From the NCBI GenBank assembly GCA_012519055.1, contig JAAYQU010000035.1, forward strand, positions 7,535 through 71,534: a stretch of DNA of 64,000 bases, read 5' to 3'. Under the pieces are notes generated by a model. It searched no databases, had not been told where the DNA came from, and saw only the letters and a program-made list of their open reading frames with translations. Shown piece by piece: positions 1 through 9,702 of this stretch. The position numbers were made by a program, and so were the translations under genes. Each line of letters begins with the position of its first letter. Within the stretch, counting starts at the first letter, position 1. This DNA is from Bacteroidales bacterium. GTDB taxonomy: Bacteria > Bacteroidota > Bacteroidia > Bacteroidales > Salinivirgaceae.

Positions 1-25
1 TACTTTTCTTAATAATTTGGGCTTA

Positions 26-751
26 ATGTATAACACTGATATTAATACAGTAAAAACCAATTTAATAAGTGGAGAAATTCTTCTTTTCGACAAACCATAC
101 AAATGGACCTCTTTTGATGTTGTCAACAAAGTTAAATGGACTGTAAGCAGATCTCTTAAACTAAAAAAACTTAAAATAGGTCATGCCGGCACGTTGGACC
201 CTTTAGCAACAGGATTATTAATATTATGCACCGGACAAAAAACAAAAAATATTGAAGCGATTCAAAATCAACCTAAAAGATATATTGCAACTATAAGTCT
301 TGGAAACACAACACCATCTTATGATTTAGAAACACAAATAACCCAAACTTGGTCTGTTGATAATATTTCCGAAATTGATGTACTTTCGGTATTAAAAAAA
401 CTAACAGGAACTATTTTGCAAGAACCCCCTTTATTCTCAGCAAAATGGGTAAACGGCATAAGAGCTTATGATTTAGCACGAAATGGCGACTCAAAAAAAC
501 TCGAACCTGTTGAAGTCAATATTTATGAAAACAAACTCTTAGAATATTCACAAAACGAGATAAAATTAGAGATACTTTGTTCCAAAGGAACTTATATAAG
601 AGCAATAGCTCGCGATATTGGTACAATGCTTAACAATGGAGCATATCTTAAAGAACTTCAACGAGTTGAAATAGGAGATTTTAAATTAAGTAACGCTCAA
701 GATGTTGAATCTTATTGTGACAAAATTAAACAACTTGCAAACACACAATAA
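26..751 (+). CDS. truB: tRNA pseudouridine(55) synthase TruB
   Basis: ORF 17..751. It carries the GHAGTLDPLATGLL catalytic-Asp motif and an LLFDKPYKWTSFDVV N-terminal motif. The first ATG is at 26 (17 is TTG). The frame is open to the window edge, so the start is uncertain. Confidence 0.9.
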   Translation: MYNTDINTVKTNLISGEILLFDKPYKWTSFDVVNKVKWTVSRSLKLKKLKIGHAGTLDPLATGLLILCTGQKTKNIEAIQNQPKRYIATISLGNTTPSYDLETQITQTWSVDNISEIDVLSVLKKLTGTILQEPPLFSAKWVNGIRAYDLARNGDSKKLEPVEVNIYENKLLEYSQNEIKLEILCSKGTYIRAIARDIGTMLNNGAYLKELQRVEIGDFKLSNAQDVESYCDKIKQLANTQ

Positions 752-793
752 AAAAATATCATTACTGTTAATAATTCTTAAAACATATATAGT

Positions 794-1843
794 ATGAAGT
801 TATCGCAGTTTCAATACAGCTTACCTGACAAACTGATTGCTTTAAACCCAACTCATAACCGTGATGAATCACGATTAATGGTGGTAAATAGAGCTACCGG
901 TGAGATTGAACACAAAATTTTTCGCGAAATTTTGGATTATTTCAAAGAAAATGATCTCTTAGTGTTTAACGATACTAAAGTATTTCCCGCCCGATTACAC
1001 GGAACCAAAGAGAAAACTGGCGCAGACATTGAAGTTTTTCTCTTACGCGAACTAAACCGTGATCAACGATTATGGGACGTTTTAGTCGATCCTGCACGTA
1101 AAATTCGGATAGGAAATAAACTCTATTTCGGTAAAGATAGCGAACTAGTTGCCGAAGTTATTGATAACACCACTTCACGCGGTCGTACATTACGTTTTTT
1201 ATTTGACGGTACACACGAGGAGTTTAAAAAAATTCTGTATAAACTCGGAGAAACTCCTCTTCCAAAGTTTATCAACAGACAAGTAGAACCCGAAGATTCA
1301 GAAAGATATCAAACAATATTTGCAACTCACGAAGGCGCTGTTGCTGCTCCAACAGCAGGAATGCATTTTAGCAGAGAACTGTTAAAACGTTTTGAAATAC
1401 TTGGGGCTAAACGAACATTTATTACCCTACATGCAGGCTTAGGAAACTTTAGAGAGGTTGAAGTAGAAGACCTTACTAGACACAAAATGGACTCTGAACA
1501 AATAGTAGTAAGCAATGAAACTGTAGAAATGGTTTGCGAAGCACACAAAAATAGAAATAGTATTTGTGCAGTAGGAACAACCGTTCTTAAAACTCTTGAA
1601 ACTGTTACAACAACGACTGGTAATATCAAACCTTTCGAAGGATGGACAAATAAATTTATTTTCCCTCCATATGAAGTTACTATTGTTGACAAGCTGATAT
1701 CAAACTTTCATCTCCCAAAATCAACATTATTGATGATGGTGGCTGCTTTTGGCGGTTACGATATTATTATGAATGCTTATAACGAAGCAATTAAAGAGAA
1801 ATATAGATTTGGTTCATACGGAGACGCTATGCTGATTATATAA
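794..1843 (+). CDS. queA: S-adenosylmethionine:tRNA ribosyltransferase-isomerase QueA
   Basis: 349 aa. The [17 protein letters not shown]...[10 protein letters not shown]-terminus and the [13 protein letters not shown]-terminus are typical of QueA. Confidence 0.92.
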   Translation: MKLSQFQYSLPDKLIALNPTHNRDESRLMVVNRATGEIEHKIFREILDYFKENDLLVFNDTKVFPARLHGTKEKTGADIEVFLLRELNRDQRLWDVLVDPARKIRIGNKLYFGKDSELVAEVIDNTTSRGRTLRFLFDGTHEEFKKILYKLGETPLPKFINRQVEPEDSERYQTIFATHEGAVAAPTAGMHFSRELLKRFEILGAKRTFITLHAGLGNFREVEVEDLTRHKMDSEQIVVSNETVEMVCEAHKNRNSICAVGTTVLKTLETVTTTTGNIKPFEGWTNKFIFPPYEVTIVDKLISNFHLPKSTLLMMVAAFGGYDIIMNAYNEAIKEKYRFGSYGDAMLII

Positions 1844-1864
1844 TTGTAACGTCATAAAATAAAT

Positions 1865-1900
1865 GGTTGTCTCAGTTTTGAGACAACCTCGCTTTTATTT
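1865..1900 (+). terminator. Rho-independent terminator after queA
   Basis: 10-bp perfect stem GGTTGTCTCA/TGAGACAACC (1865-1874 and 1879-1888) with loop GTTT, followed by a T-rich tract. Confidence 0.7.
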
Positions 1901-1926
1901 TAAATACATATATCTAATATTTTGAA

Positions 1927-2625
1927 ATGACTAGAGAATATATGCAAATTAATACTTTAATAATTATAATATTTAACTTATTGTTCTTTACATTTCCATT
2001 AGGCGCTCAAGAAGTTGATAATATCTCAATAGATAATAATCTATATTTTCCTGATAAGTTTTTTATTGACACAATAAACCCTGAAGCAGATGGTACAATA
2101 CAAGGTAATGAATTTTACGAAAGACGAAAATATGCAGCTAATTACATAAACTTTATTCTCTCAATGGAACTTTCAAAGCTGAATGAACCAAAGCTGCATC
2201 ATGAATATCCCTATGAAGTTTATAGATTTACATGGTCAGCCTATTTAAAAAATGCTCATAATCCATTAACGATAAGAATAGAAAATGACGGGAAAAAGGC
2301 TTATTTAATAGCAAAATACATACGTTATAATAGATTCTCCAATAAAGATAAATTGATAATAAAAGATACGATAACTATCGACAAAAATAAGTGGGTAGAG
2401 TTTAAAAACATAATTAACAGCATAAATTTTTGGAATATATCTCCTATCGAAAAAACGAGTATTGTTGTTTTCGACGGTTCAACTTGGATTTTAGAAGGAA
2501 GTATTGATAAATCTTATCATATGGTTCATCGCAAAATGGCAAAACATAAAGAAATAGGAGAAGTGTGTCTATATCTCTTAAAATTAAGCGGAATTAAGGT
2601 TAAAGAGAACGAATTTAATCCTTAA
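1927..2625 (+). CDS. hypothetical secreted protein (signal peptide)
   Basis: 232-aa ORF with a hydrophobic N-terminus ending ..FPLGAQ. The C-terminal half weakly resembles the small paralogs at 51810-52834 (DTITIDKNKW..; ..CLYLLKLSGIKVKE). Confidence 0.55.
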   Translation: MTREYMQINTLIIIIFNLLFFTFPLGAQEVDNISIDNNLYFPDKFFIDTINPEADGTIQGNEFYERRKYAANYINFILSMELSKLNEPKLHHEYPYEVYRFTWSAYLKNAHNPLTIRIENDGKKAYLIAKYIRYNRFSNKDKLIIKDTITIDKNKWVEFKNIINSINFWNISPIEKTSIVVFDGSTWILEGSIDKSYHMVHRKMAKHKEIGEVCLYLLKLSGIKVKENEFNP

Positions 2626-3058
2626 AATTATACTTTTGCTACAATTGTATTGTGTAACATTTATTGTTAAGTTTTTAATAATAAATTGTTAAGTTTTTGT
2701 GAATAAAAAATTAAAAAGTTAATTTGTGTTTTTCCAAAACTTATATATCACAAACACTTTTTTGTAAAGCAAAATATTTATTATCTATTTATTTAATTTT
2801 ATCAACCAATTTTTAATGATTTTGGAACTAAAAAATATACCTTAACGTAAAAAGTATAAAAAAACTAATTTTATTAACAGTTGTGAATATAAATATTAAA
2901 TCATTAGTTTTAAGAGATTTTACAAATCACCAACTGTTAATATCCTTTTAATAAAATATTAGAACGATATTTGCAACATATTTTTATAAAAATTATCAAC
3001 GTTATTAACACTACATAATCATCATCATAATATTAAAATTAAAAAAATTATTCTTTTT

Positions 3059-4036
3059 ATGATATATAATGAAATGTTTAAAAATGGATTTATAGAAGAG
3101 GAAATTCCGCATGGAATTAATTTAGTTAATGAGATTAATAAACTTAAAAAAGAAAAAAATGCAATTATATTAGGGCATTATTATCTTTCTCCTGACGTTC
3201 AAAATATATCTGATTTTCTTGGCGATAGCCTTGCACTTGCACAAGAAGCACAAAAAACCGAAGCTGACATTATTTTGTTTGCCGGTATTGTTTTTATGGC
3301 AGAAACAGCTAAAATATTAAACCCCTCTAAAAAGGTTTTAATTCCTGATTTAAATGCAGGTTGTTCATTATCTGATAGTTGTAATCCAAAAGACTTTAAA
3401 GAGTTTATTTCAAAATACCCCGATCATAAAGTTATTACTTATATAAATAGCTCAACACAAGTAAAAATTTTATCAGATATTATTTGTACGAGTAGCAATG
3501 CAGTAAAAATAGTCCAAAGCATTCCTAAAAGTCAAAAGATAATTTTTGCTCCGGACGAAAATTTGGGTAAATACGTGGAAATGATGTCAGGTAGAAAAAT
3601 GGTTTTATGGAAAGGTGCTTGTCACGTTCATAAGAGATTTAGTTTACCGAAAATTTTACAACTGAAAAAAGATAATCCTGATGCATTAATAATTTCACAT
3701 CCAGAATGTCAGCAAGATATAATACAACATTCTGATTTTGTAGGAAGTACATCAGCACTTCTAAATTATGTTACAACACATTCAGCACAGAAATTTATTA
3801 TTGTAACAGAGCCGGGTATTATTCATCAAATGAAATTGAAAAACAAAAATAAGATATTTATTTCTGCACCTCCTGAGAATTCAGACCGTGTTTGCAATGA
3901 ATGTAACTATATGAAATTAAATAATTTAAAGAAAATTTATTTGACTCTTAAATATGAACTTCCTGAGATAAATTTTTCTGAAGATATAAGGTTAAAAGCC
4001 TCGAAACCATTAGAAGAGATGATTAAATTGAGTTAA
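3059..4036 (+). CDS. nadA: quinolinate synthase NadA
   Basis: 325 aa. ILGHYY...DFLGDSLALAQ and the conserved Cys-containing segments are typical of NadA. Confidence 0.9.
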   Translation: MIYNEMFKNGFIEEEIPHGINLVNEINKLKKEKNAIILGHYYLSPDVQNISDFLGDSLALAQEAQKTEADIILFAGIVFMAETAKILNPSKKVLIPDLNAGCSLSDSCNPKDFKEFISKYPDHKVITYINSSTQVKILSDIICTSSNAVKIVQSIPKSQKIIFAPDENLGKYVEMMSGRKMVLWKGACHVHKRFSLPKILQLKKDNPDALIISHPECQQDIIQHSDFVGSTSALLNYVTTHSAQKFIIVTEPGIIHQMKLKNKNKIFISAPPENSDRVCNECNYMKLNNLKKIYLTLKYELPEINFSEDIRLKASKPLEEMIKLS

Positions 4037-4046
4037 TAACTATTGA

Positions 4047-5540
4047 ATGAATCAATTTAAAAAGTTGGCTGGACAAACCGTAATTTACGGATTAGGTTCA
4101 GTTATACCAAGAATATTAAATTATATTCTTTTAACACCCTTTTATACACGTGTTCTACATTCGGTTGCCGATTATGGAACACACTCTTATCTTTATTCTT
4201 TTAGTGCTTTCATTATTATCCTCTTAACTTTTGGAATGGAGACAACCTTTTTCCGATATGCCAAAAATAGGGGAATAGAGAATGTATTTACAACATCATA
4301 TTATTTTCTTCTCGCTAATGCTTTAGCTTTTAGTTTGTTAGTTTTAATTTTTCAAGTAGATATTGCTAAAGCTATTGGAATTAATAATATTAAATATCTA
4401 TGGTATTTTATTGGAATTATATTTTTCGACGTTGTTACTGCAATACCATTTTCTGCGTTAAGATATAATGAGAAAGCAAAAACTTTTGCTCTTTTAAAGA
4501 TTGTTAATATTATAATTAACATTGTTATTAATTTGATTTACTTGTGGTTAATACCTCTCTTAATAAACAAGTATGGATTTAATTTTGATAGAATCTTTTC
4601 CCAAGATAATCTACTTGAATATACATTTAGAGCAAATCTAATAGCTAGTTTTTGTACATTTCTTTTGCTAATCCCGCACACAAAATCATATTTTAAAAAG
4701 TTTCAATTACCTCTGTTCAAAGAGATGATTGTTTACTCGTTTCCTATAATGATTAGTGGTATTTTAGGTATGATTAATGAAGTGGCAGATAAAATCTTAC
4801 TTAAATATTTGTTACCCAAAGATGTATCAGCTTTCGAACAAATTGGGATTTATGCAGCTAATTATAAATTAGCTGCATTGATAACAATTTTTAATTCAAT
4901 GTTTAGATATGCGCTCGAACCCTTTTTCTTTAAAGTATATGGTAATAAAGATAGTAAAGATATATATGCCTTAATTTCAAAGTATTATTTGATTTTTGGT
5001 GCCTTCGTTCTTTTAGTAATAGTTTTGTATATAGATATTTTTAAATTTTTTATTGGGTCAAAATATCATGAAGGATTACATATTGTTCCTATCATTTTAT
5101 TTTCTAATTTAATTTTTGGTTTATACTACACTATGGGTGTTTGGTATAAGGTTATTGATAAAACATATTTTTCTGCGTATTTTTCATTGGTAGGAGCAGT
5201 TTTAACAATTCTTGGTAACTATCTATTAATTCCAATTTTTGGTTATACGGGTTCTGCTTTAGCCACTTTGATTTGTTATAGTGCAATGTTATTTCTTACA
5301 ATTTACTATGAGCGAATCTATTATAGAATAAATTATGATTATAAGTTTATGATTAACCTTATCTTAATTACGGTGTTAATTGTTATATTAAGTTATTTTG
5401 TTAAAACAGATAACCTTTATATAAAACTTCTGTTTAGTTCTATTTTAATAGTAGGTTATGTTATATTTGTAGTTTTGTCAAACAAAGAGATTAAAGATAT
5501 CGTTTCGAATTATGTTAGAGGTAAAAATTCAAATAAGTGA
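4047..5540 (+). CDS. MOP-superfamily polysaccharide/oligosaccharide flippase (Wzx/MurJ-like)
   Basis: 497 aa, polytopic and very hydrophobic. It sits immediately upstream of dut and overlaps it, an arrangement I recall as common in Bacteroidota. Confidence 0.7.
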   Translation: MNQFKKLAGQTVIYGLGSVIPRILNYILLTPFYTRVLHSVADYGTHSYLYSFSAFIIILLTFGMETTFFRYAKNRGIENVFTTSYYFLLANALAFSLLVLIFQVDIAKAIGINNIKYLWYFIGIIFFDVVTAIPFSALRYNEKAKTFALLKIVNIIINIVINLIYLWLIPLLINKYGFNFDRIFSQDNLLEYTFRANLIASFCTFLLLIPHTKSYFKKFQLPLFKEMIVYSFPIMISGILGMINEVADKILLKYLLPKDVSAFEQIGIYAANYKLAALITIFNSMFRYALEPFFFKVYGNKDSKDIYALISKYYLIFGAFVLLVIVLYIDIFKFFIGSKYHEGLHIVPIILFSNLIFGLYYTMGVWYKVIDKTYFSAYFSLVGAVLTILGNYLLIPIFGYTGSALATLICYSAMLFLTIYYERIYYRINYDYKFMINLILITVLIVILSYFVKTDNLYIKLLFSSILIVGYVIFVVLSNKEIKDIVSNYVRGKNSNK

Positions 5541-5949
5541 TGGCGCAATTTTGCCTGAATACAAAACTAGTGGTAGTTCTGGAATGGATTTATGTGCTTA
5601 TCTTCCCGATGGTAGCGTTTGTATCAATCCAAATGAGGTTAAATTGATAAAAACAGGCGTTTTTATCGAACTTCCTGATGGTTATGAGGCACAAGTCCGT
5701 CCACGTAGCGGTTTGGCTTTAAAACAAGGTATAACAGTCTTAAATTCACCAGGAACTATTGACACCGATTATCGAGGTGAAATAGGTGTAATTTTAATTA
5801 ATCACTCTAACAATATTTTTACTGTTAATAACGGAGATAGAATAGCACAAATAGTTTTTTCTAAGTTTGAGAAAGCTAAATTCAATGTTGTCGATTCTTT
5901 AAATTCGACTGAAAGAAACGACGGAGGTTTTGGTCACACGGGTATTTAA
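5512..5949 (+). CDS. dut: dUTP diphosphatase
   Basis: 145 aa with motifs GSSGMDL, RPRSGLALK, GTIDTDYRGEI and GGFGHTG. Confidence 0.95.
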   Translation: MLEVKIQISDGAILPEYKTSGSSGMDLCAYLPDGSVCINPNEVKLIKTGVFIELPDGYEAQVRPRSGLALKQGITVLNSPGTIDTDYRGEIGVILINHSNNIFTVNNGDRIAQIVFSKFEKAKFNVVDSLNSTERNDGGFGHTGI

Positions 5950-5959
5950 ATAGCAATTA

Positions 5960-7696
5960 ATGAACAAGATAAATTCAAATATTTATAAAGTTATTTTATA
6001 TAGTTTTGTCTTTCTTTTTTCTTGTACTTCATCCAAGAAAAGTAGTAAAGAAATAGTTCATACTCCCGATCCTAAATTTAAAAGCTATATAATTGATTCC
6101 AAGATTAAAAACCTTTATGGTGATTTATCAAAAGCTAAAGATGCTTTAAATACCGTTATTACAGCTGATTCTTGTCATGCTACAGCACATTACGAAATAG
6201 CTAAAATATTATTATTCGAGAAAGATTACGAAAAGGCTCTTTTTCACGCTACAAAATCTTATGAACTAGATTCAGAAAACATTTGGTTCACAAAACTATA
6301 TATCAATGTTTTAGAGTTAAATAACAAAACAAAAGATATTCCAAATATTTACGAAAATTTATTAAAGAAAGATTATTCTAATTTAGAAACATGGTATGAA
6401 TACTTTTCCTTTTTAGATAGACAAGAAAAGTATAAAGAGTTAACACAAAAGCTCATACAATTCGAAAAGTATTTTGGTCTCAGTGATGAAATTATTATTA
6501 ATCGCTATCAAACACTACTTAAACAAAAAAAGTTTAAGGAGATACCCAAATACCTGAATTCTATTTTATCAAAAGATCCTAATAATCATATTGCAAATTT
6601 GTTATTTGCAAATTTCTATTTCGTTGATAGAAAATTAGAAAAATCAAACGAGTATTATAAGAAAATTCTGGAAACAAATCCCAATGATGAGCAAGCTTTA
6701 ATTGGCCTTTTGAGTAATCAAATACAATTGGGCAATGCCAAAGAGATTTTGGCTCTGGCTAAGGATATTATTAGCAATAGTGCTATTGAGTTAAATTTTA
6801 AACTTGGCTTTATTTTCGAGGTATTGGAAAAAATTAACCAACCAAATACAAAATCAGATTATCAGTTAGAAGAATTAGTTCAAATTCTCAAACTTCAATA
6901 TCCCGAAAATCCAGATGTTCTAAATATTTATGGCAATTTACTTTTTAGAAAAGGTGAAAATGACCAAGCGTTAAAAGTGTTTTCAAAAGCTTTAAGTTTA
7001 GACCCTTCCAACCTACAATCTTGGGTCTTTACCCTGTATATATTAGAACAAGAAAAGAACTATTCAAGAATAATATCTGTTGCCGATTCAGCCTTAGTCT
7101 ATTTTCCAAATCAAAAGGATCTGTTTTTATTCCGCGGGTTCGCCAATATGCAATTAGATAATAATGAAACAAGTTATCAAGATTTTCTTTTTGCTTTAAA
7201 ACTAACAGGAGCTTTAGACGAAGATAGAACCCAAATTTTACATTTTCTTGCTGAAATTTGCCAAAAATTAAATAAATCAGAAGAGACTTATAAGTACTAC
7301 GAAGAGATATTAAAATCAAATCAAAATGATTTAGTCGCTTTAAACAATTATGCTTATTATTTGTCACTTGAGAAGAAAGAACTAAATAAGGCATTAGAAA
7401 TGAGTGCTAAAACTATTAAAGTTGAAGGTAAAAATTCAACCTATCTAGATACTTACGCTTATATTCTTTTTGAGTTAGAACGTTATGCTGATGCATTAAA
7501 ATACATTGAATTGGCTATTTTAAACGGTGGTGGAAGCAACGGTGTAATATTAGAACATTACGGCGATATTCTTTATAAAAATGGTCAAACAGATTTAGCT
7601 ATAACTACGTGGAAAGAAGCCTTAGAAAACGGTCAAGATACTGAAATTTTAAGGTATAAAATTGATAATAAAACCTATATAGATCAAATAGAATAG
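5960..7696 (+). CDS. TPR-repeat lipoprotein
   Basis: 578 aa with signal/lipobox LFSC and many tetratricopeptide-like repeats (..A..Y..AL.L.P.N..). Confidence 0.75.
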   Translation: MNKINSNIYKVILYSFVFLFSCTSSKKSSKEIVHTPDPKFKSYIIDSKIKNLYGDLSKAKDALNTVITADSCHATAHYEIAKILLFEKDYEKALFHATKSYELDSENIWFTKLYINVLELNNKTKDIPNIYENLLKKDYSNLETWYEYFSFLDRQEKYKELTQKLIQFEKYFGLSDEIIINRYQTLLKQKKFKEIPKYLNSILSKDPNNHIANLLFANFYFVDRKLEKSNEYYKKILETNPNDEQALIGLLSNQIQLGNAKEILALAKDIISNSAIELNFKLGFIFEVLEKINQPNTKSDYQLEELVQILKLQYPENPDVLNIYGNLLFRKGENDQALKVFSKALSLDPSNLQSWVFTLYILEQEKNYSRIISVADSALVYFPNQKDLFLFRGFANMQLDNNETSYQDFLFALKLTGALDEDRTQILHFLAEICQKLNKSEETYKYYEEILKSNQNDLVALNNYAYYLSLEKKELNKALEMSAKTIKVEGKNSTYLDTYAYILFELERYADALKYIELAILNGGGSNGVILEHYGDILYKNGQTDLAITTWKEALENGQDTEILRYKIDNKTYIDQIE

Positions 7697-7708
7697 AGAT
7701 TTTGGGAA

Positions 7709-8491
7709 ATGAGAAATTTTAACTTTGTCATAATACTTTTATCCGTAATCATCGTCGTTTCTTGTAAATCTACCTCTAAAACCAGGGTAAATTTAAGGAA
7801 AATAGAGAAAAAAGAGTTAATTTCTATAGTAACTAATAATCATCCAGTATTGAATACAGTAAGTATTAAAAGCAATGTTACTTTTCAGCGAAGAGATGTC
7901 ACAAATTCCTTTAATGCCAACATTCGCATCGATAATGACAGCTTGATATGGATCAGTATAACCGCACCGCTCGGGATAGAATTAGTTAGAGGATTGTTTG
8001 AACGTGATTCTTTCGCTATAATTAATTATCATGAAAAAACATATTATCAGGGAAGTTATTCAACAATAAAAAAATATACTAGCAGTGATCTGAATTTCAA
8101 TTTTTTACAAAATATTCTTACCTCAAGTTTCATAAGTGAATATCAAAATAATTTTGATTCGTTACAAGATACGCTTTTCGTAAACGATGATGAAGAGTAT
8201 GTTATGGAAAGTAAAATTGATGATTTTAATACAACTATAAAAATAGATGCTAAATCTTTTAAAATTAGTGAATTAAATATTTCAAAAGCCTTAAAAATTG
8301 TTCTAGAAATATGTTATGAAAAATATGTAAAAATAGATGGCTTTTTATTTCCTCACAAAATTATTGTTAGCAATAATAATGCTTCGAATCCTATCTCACT
8401 AACAATAAATTACAATAATGTTGTGTTCAACAAAGAGGTAAAAACTCCTTTTAGAATACCAAAGAAATTTGAGCCTGTAAAACTTAAATAA
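7709..8491 (+). CDS. DUF4292-like (LolB-fold-like) lipoprotein
   Basis: 260 aa with lipobox VVSC. Its position between the TPR and M23 genes matches the conserved Bacteroidota block. The family assignment is from memory and was not searched. Confidence 0.55.
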   Translation: MRNFNFVIILLSVIIVVSCKSTSKTRVNLRKIEKKELISIVTNNHPVLNTVSIKSNVTFQRRDVTNSFNANIRIDNDSLIWISITAPLGIELVRGLFERDSFAIINYHEKTYYQGSYSTIKKYTSSDLNFNFLQNILTSSFISEYQNNFDSLQDTLFVNDDEEYVMESKIDDFNTTIKIDAKSFKISELNISKALKIVLEICYEKYVKIDGFLFPHKIIVSNNNASNPISLTINYNNVVFNKEVKTPFRIPKKFEPVKLK

Positions 8492-8502
8492 TATCACACT
8501 AA

Positions 8503-9702
8503 ATGTTCAAAGTAAGATACATTGTTTTATTATTGTTCCTTATCATACCGCTTTGCGATGTTTTATCTCAAAATCGTAAAGATCTTGAAGATGAAAGGAA
8601 AAAGACTCAAGACGAGATTGAATACACTAATAATTTACTTAAGTTAACTCAACAGAAAAGACAAAAATCTGTACAAGAATTTATTTTAACAAATAAGAAA
8701 ATTGAATCTAGAAAAACAAATATCAGACAGATTAACAATGAAATAAACAAAATTGATACCGACATTGGTAAAGAACAAGAAGCGATAAACACTCTGCAAA
8801 ATGATCTTGTCAAGCTTAGAAAAGAGTACGAAAAACTTATATATCAGGCATATAAAACTAAGCAGACAAGTGATAAATTAATGTATATTTTATCTAGTTC
8901 TGATTTTAATCAAGCCTTTCTTCGGCTAAAATATTTACATCAATACTCCAAGCATCGTAATAATCAGATTAAATCTATTGAAGCCACCAAACTACAGCTT
9001 GAAAAGCGAGTAAATGAATTAGAGGAATTGAAAAATGATAAAAATTCGCTTTTGTATGAAATATCAAGTGAAAACAAAAAGCTAGTTGTTGAAAAAAGAC
9101 AAAAAGAGAAGCTATTAAAAGATTTAACAAACAAGGAGAAACAACTTAAAGCTGAAATTGACAAGAAACAGAGACTTGCAAGAGAACTAAATACCAAAAT
9201 TCAAAAGCTTATAGCTGAGGAGATTGAAAAAAGTAAAAAAGGCTCTAAAACTTATAGACTAACACCAGAAGAGAAGCTTATTGATGATCAATTTTCTTCA
9301 AATGTTAAACGTCTCCCCTGGCCTCTTGAAAGAGGTATTGTAACTGAAAAATTTGGTGAACATAATCACCCTGTTTTGAAGGGAATAAAAGTTAGAAACG
9401 ATGGCATAGACATTTCGACTGAAAAATCAAGCAAAGTAAGAGCCGTTTTTAATGGCACTGTACGCAACGTCTTCGTAATACCTGGATTAAATAAAGTTAT
9501 TATTATCCGACATGGTAGTTATCTCTCCGTATATTCTAATCTCATAGAGGTTTATGTAAAACCAGGTCAAAACGTAAAAACAAAACAAAATATTGGGATT
9601 CTCGCTAACGACGACAAATCTGATGTATCTGTACTAAAATTTCAAATTTGGAAAGAAAACGAAAAACTTGATCCAGAAAGATGGTTAACAACAATGAACT
9701 AA
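8503..9702 (+). CDS. M23 family metallopeptidase with N-terminal coiled coil (EnvC-like murein hydrolase activator)
   Basis: 399 aa. Signal peptide, about 230 aa of heptad-rich coiled coil, then a C-terminal LytM/M23-like domain (GIDI..., IIRHGSYLSVYSNL). Confidence 0.8.
   Translation: MFKVRYIVLLLFLIIPLCDVLSQNRKDLEDERKKTQDEIEYTNNLLKLTQQKRQKSVQEFILTNKKIESRKTNIRQINNEINKIDTDIGKEQEAINTLQNDLVKLRKEYEKLIYQAYKTKQTSDKLMYILSSSDFNQAFLRLKYLHQYSKHRNNQIKSIEATKLQLEKRVNELEELKNDKNSLLYEISSENKKLVVEKRQKEKLLKDLTNKEKQLKAEIDKKQRLARELNTKIQKLIAEEIEKSKKGSKTYRLTPEEKLIDDQFSSNVKRLPWPLERGIVTEKFGEHNHPVLKGIKVRNDGIDISTEKSSKVRAVFNGTVRNVFVIPGLNKVIIIRHGSYLSVYSNLIEVYVKPGQNVKTKQNIGILANDDKSDVSVLKFQIWKENEKLDPERWLTTMN

Noticed and set aside
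1327-1692. Antisense ORFs nested inside well-supported genes. Examples are 1327-1692, 7029-7394, 8964-9197, 11441-11845, 15897-16223, 18492-18893, 24302-24577, 33240-33563, 48054-48737, 49036-49290, 58847-59167 and 60628-60942.
   Set aside because: Each lies fully opposite a CDS with strong family motifs. Their translations are low-complexity (S/L/F/I-rich), as expected from the reverse frames of AT-rich genes, and none has a motif or a plausible start context.
2626-3058. An NAD+ (nadA-motif) riboswitch upstream of nadA.
   Set aside because: The region is almost pure A/T, with no GC-containing conserved stems of the kind I associate with that motif. Only simple repeats were seen.
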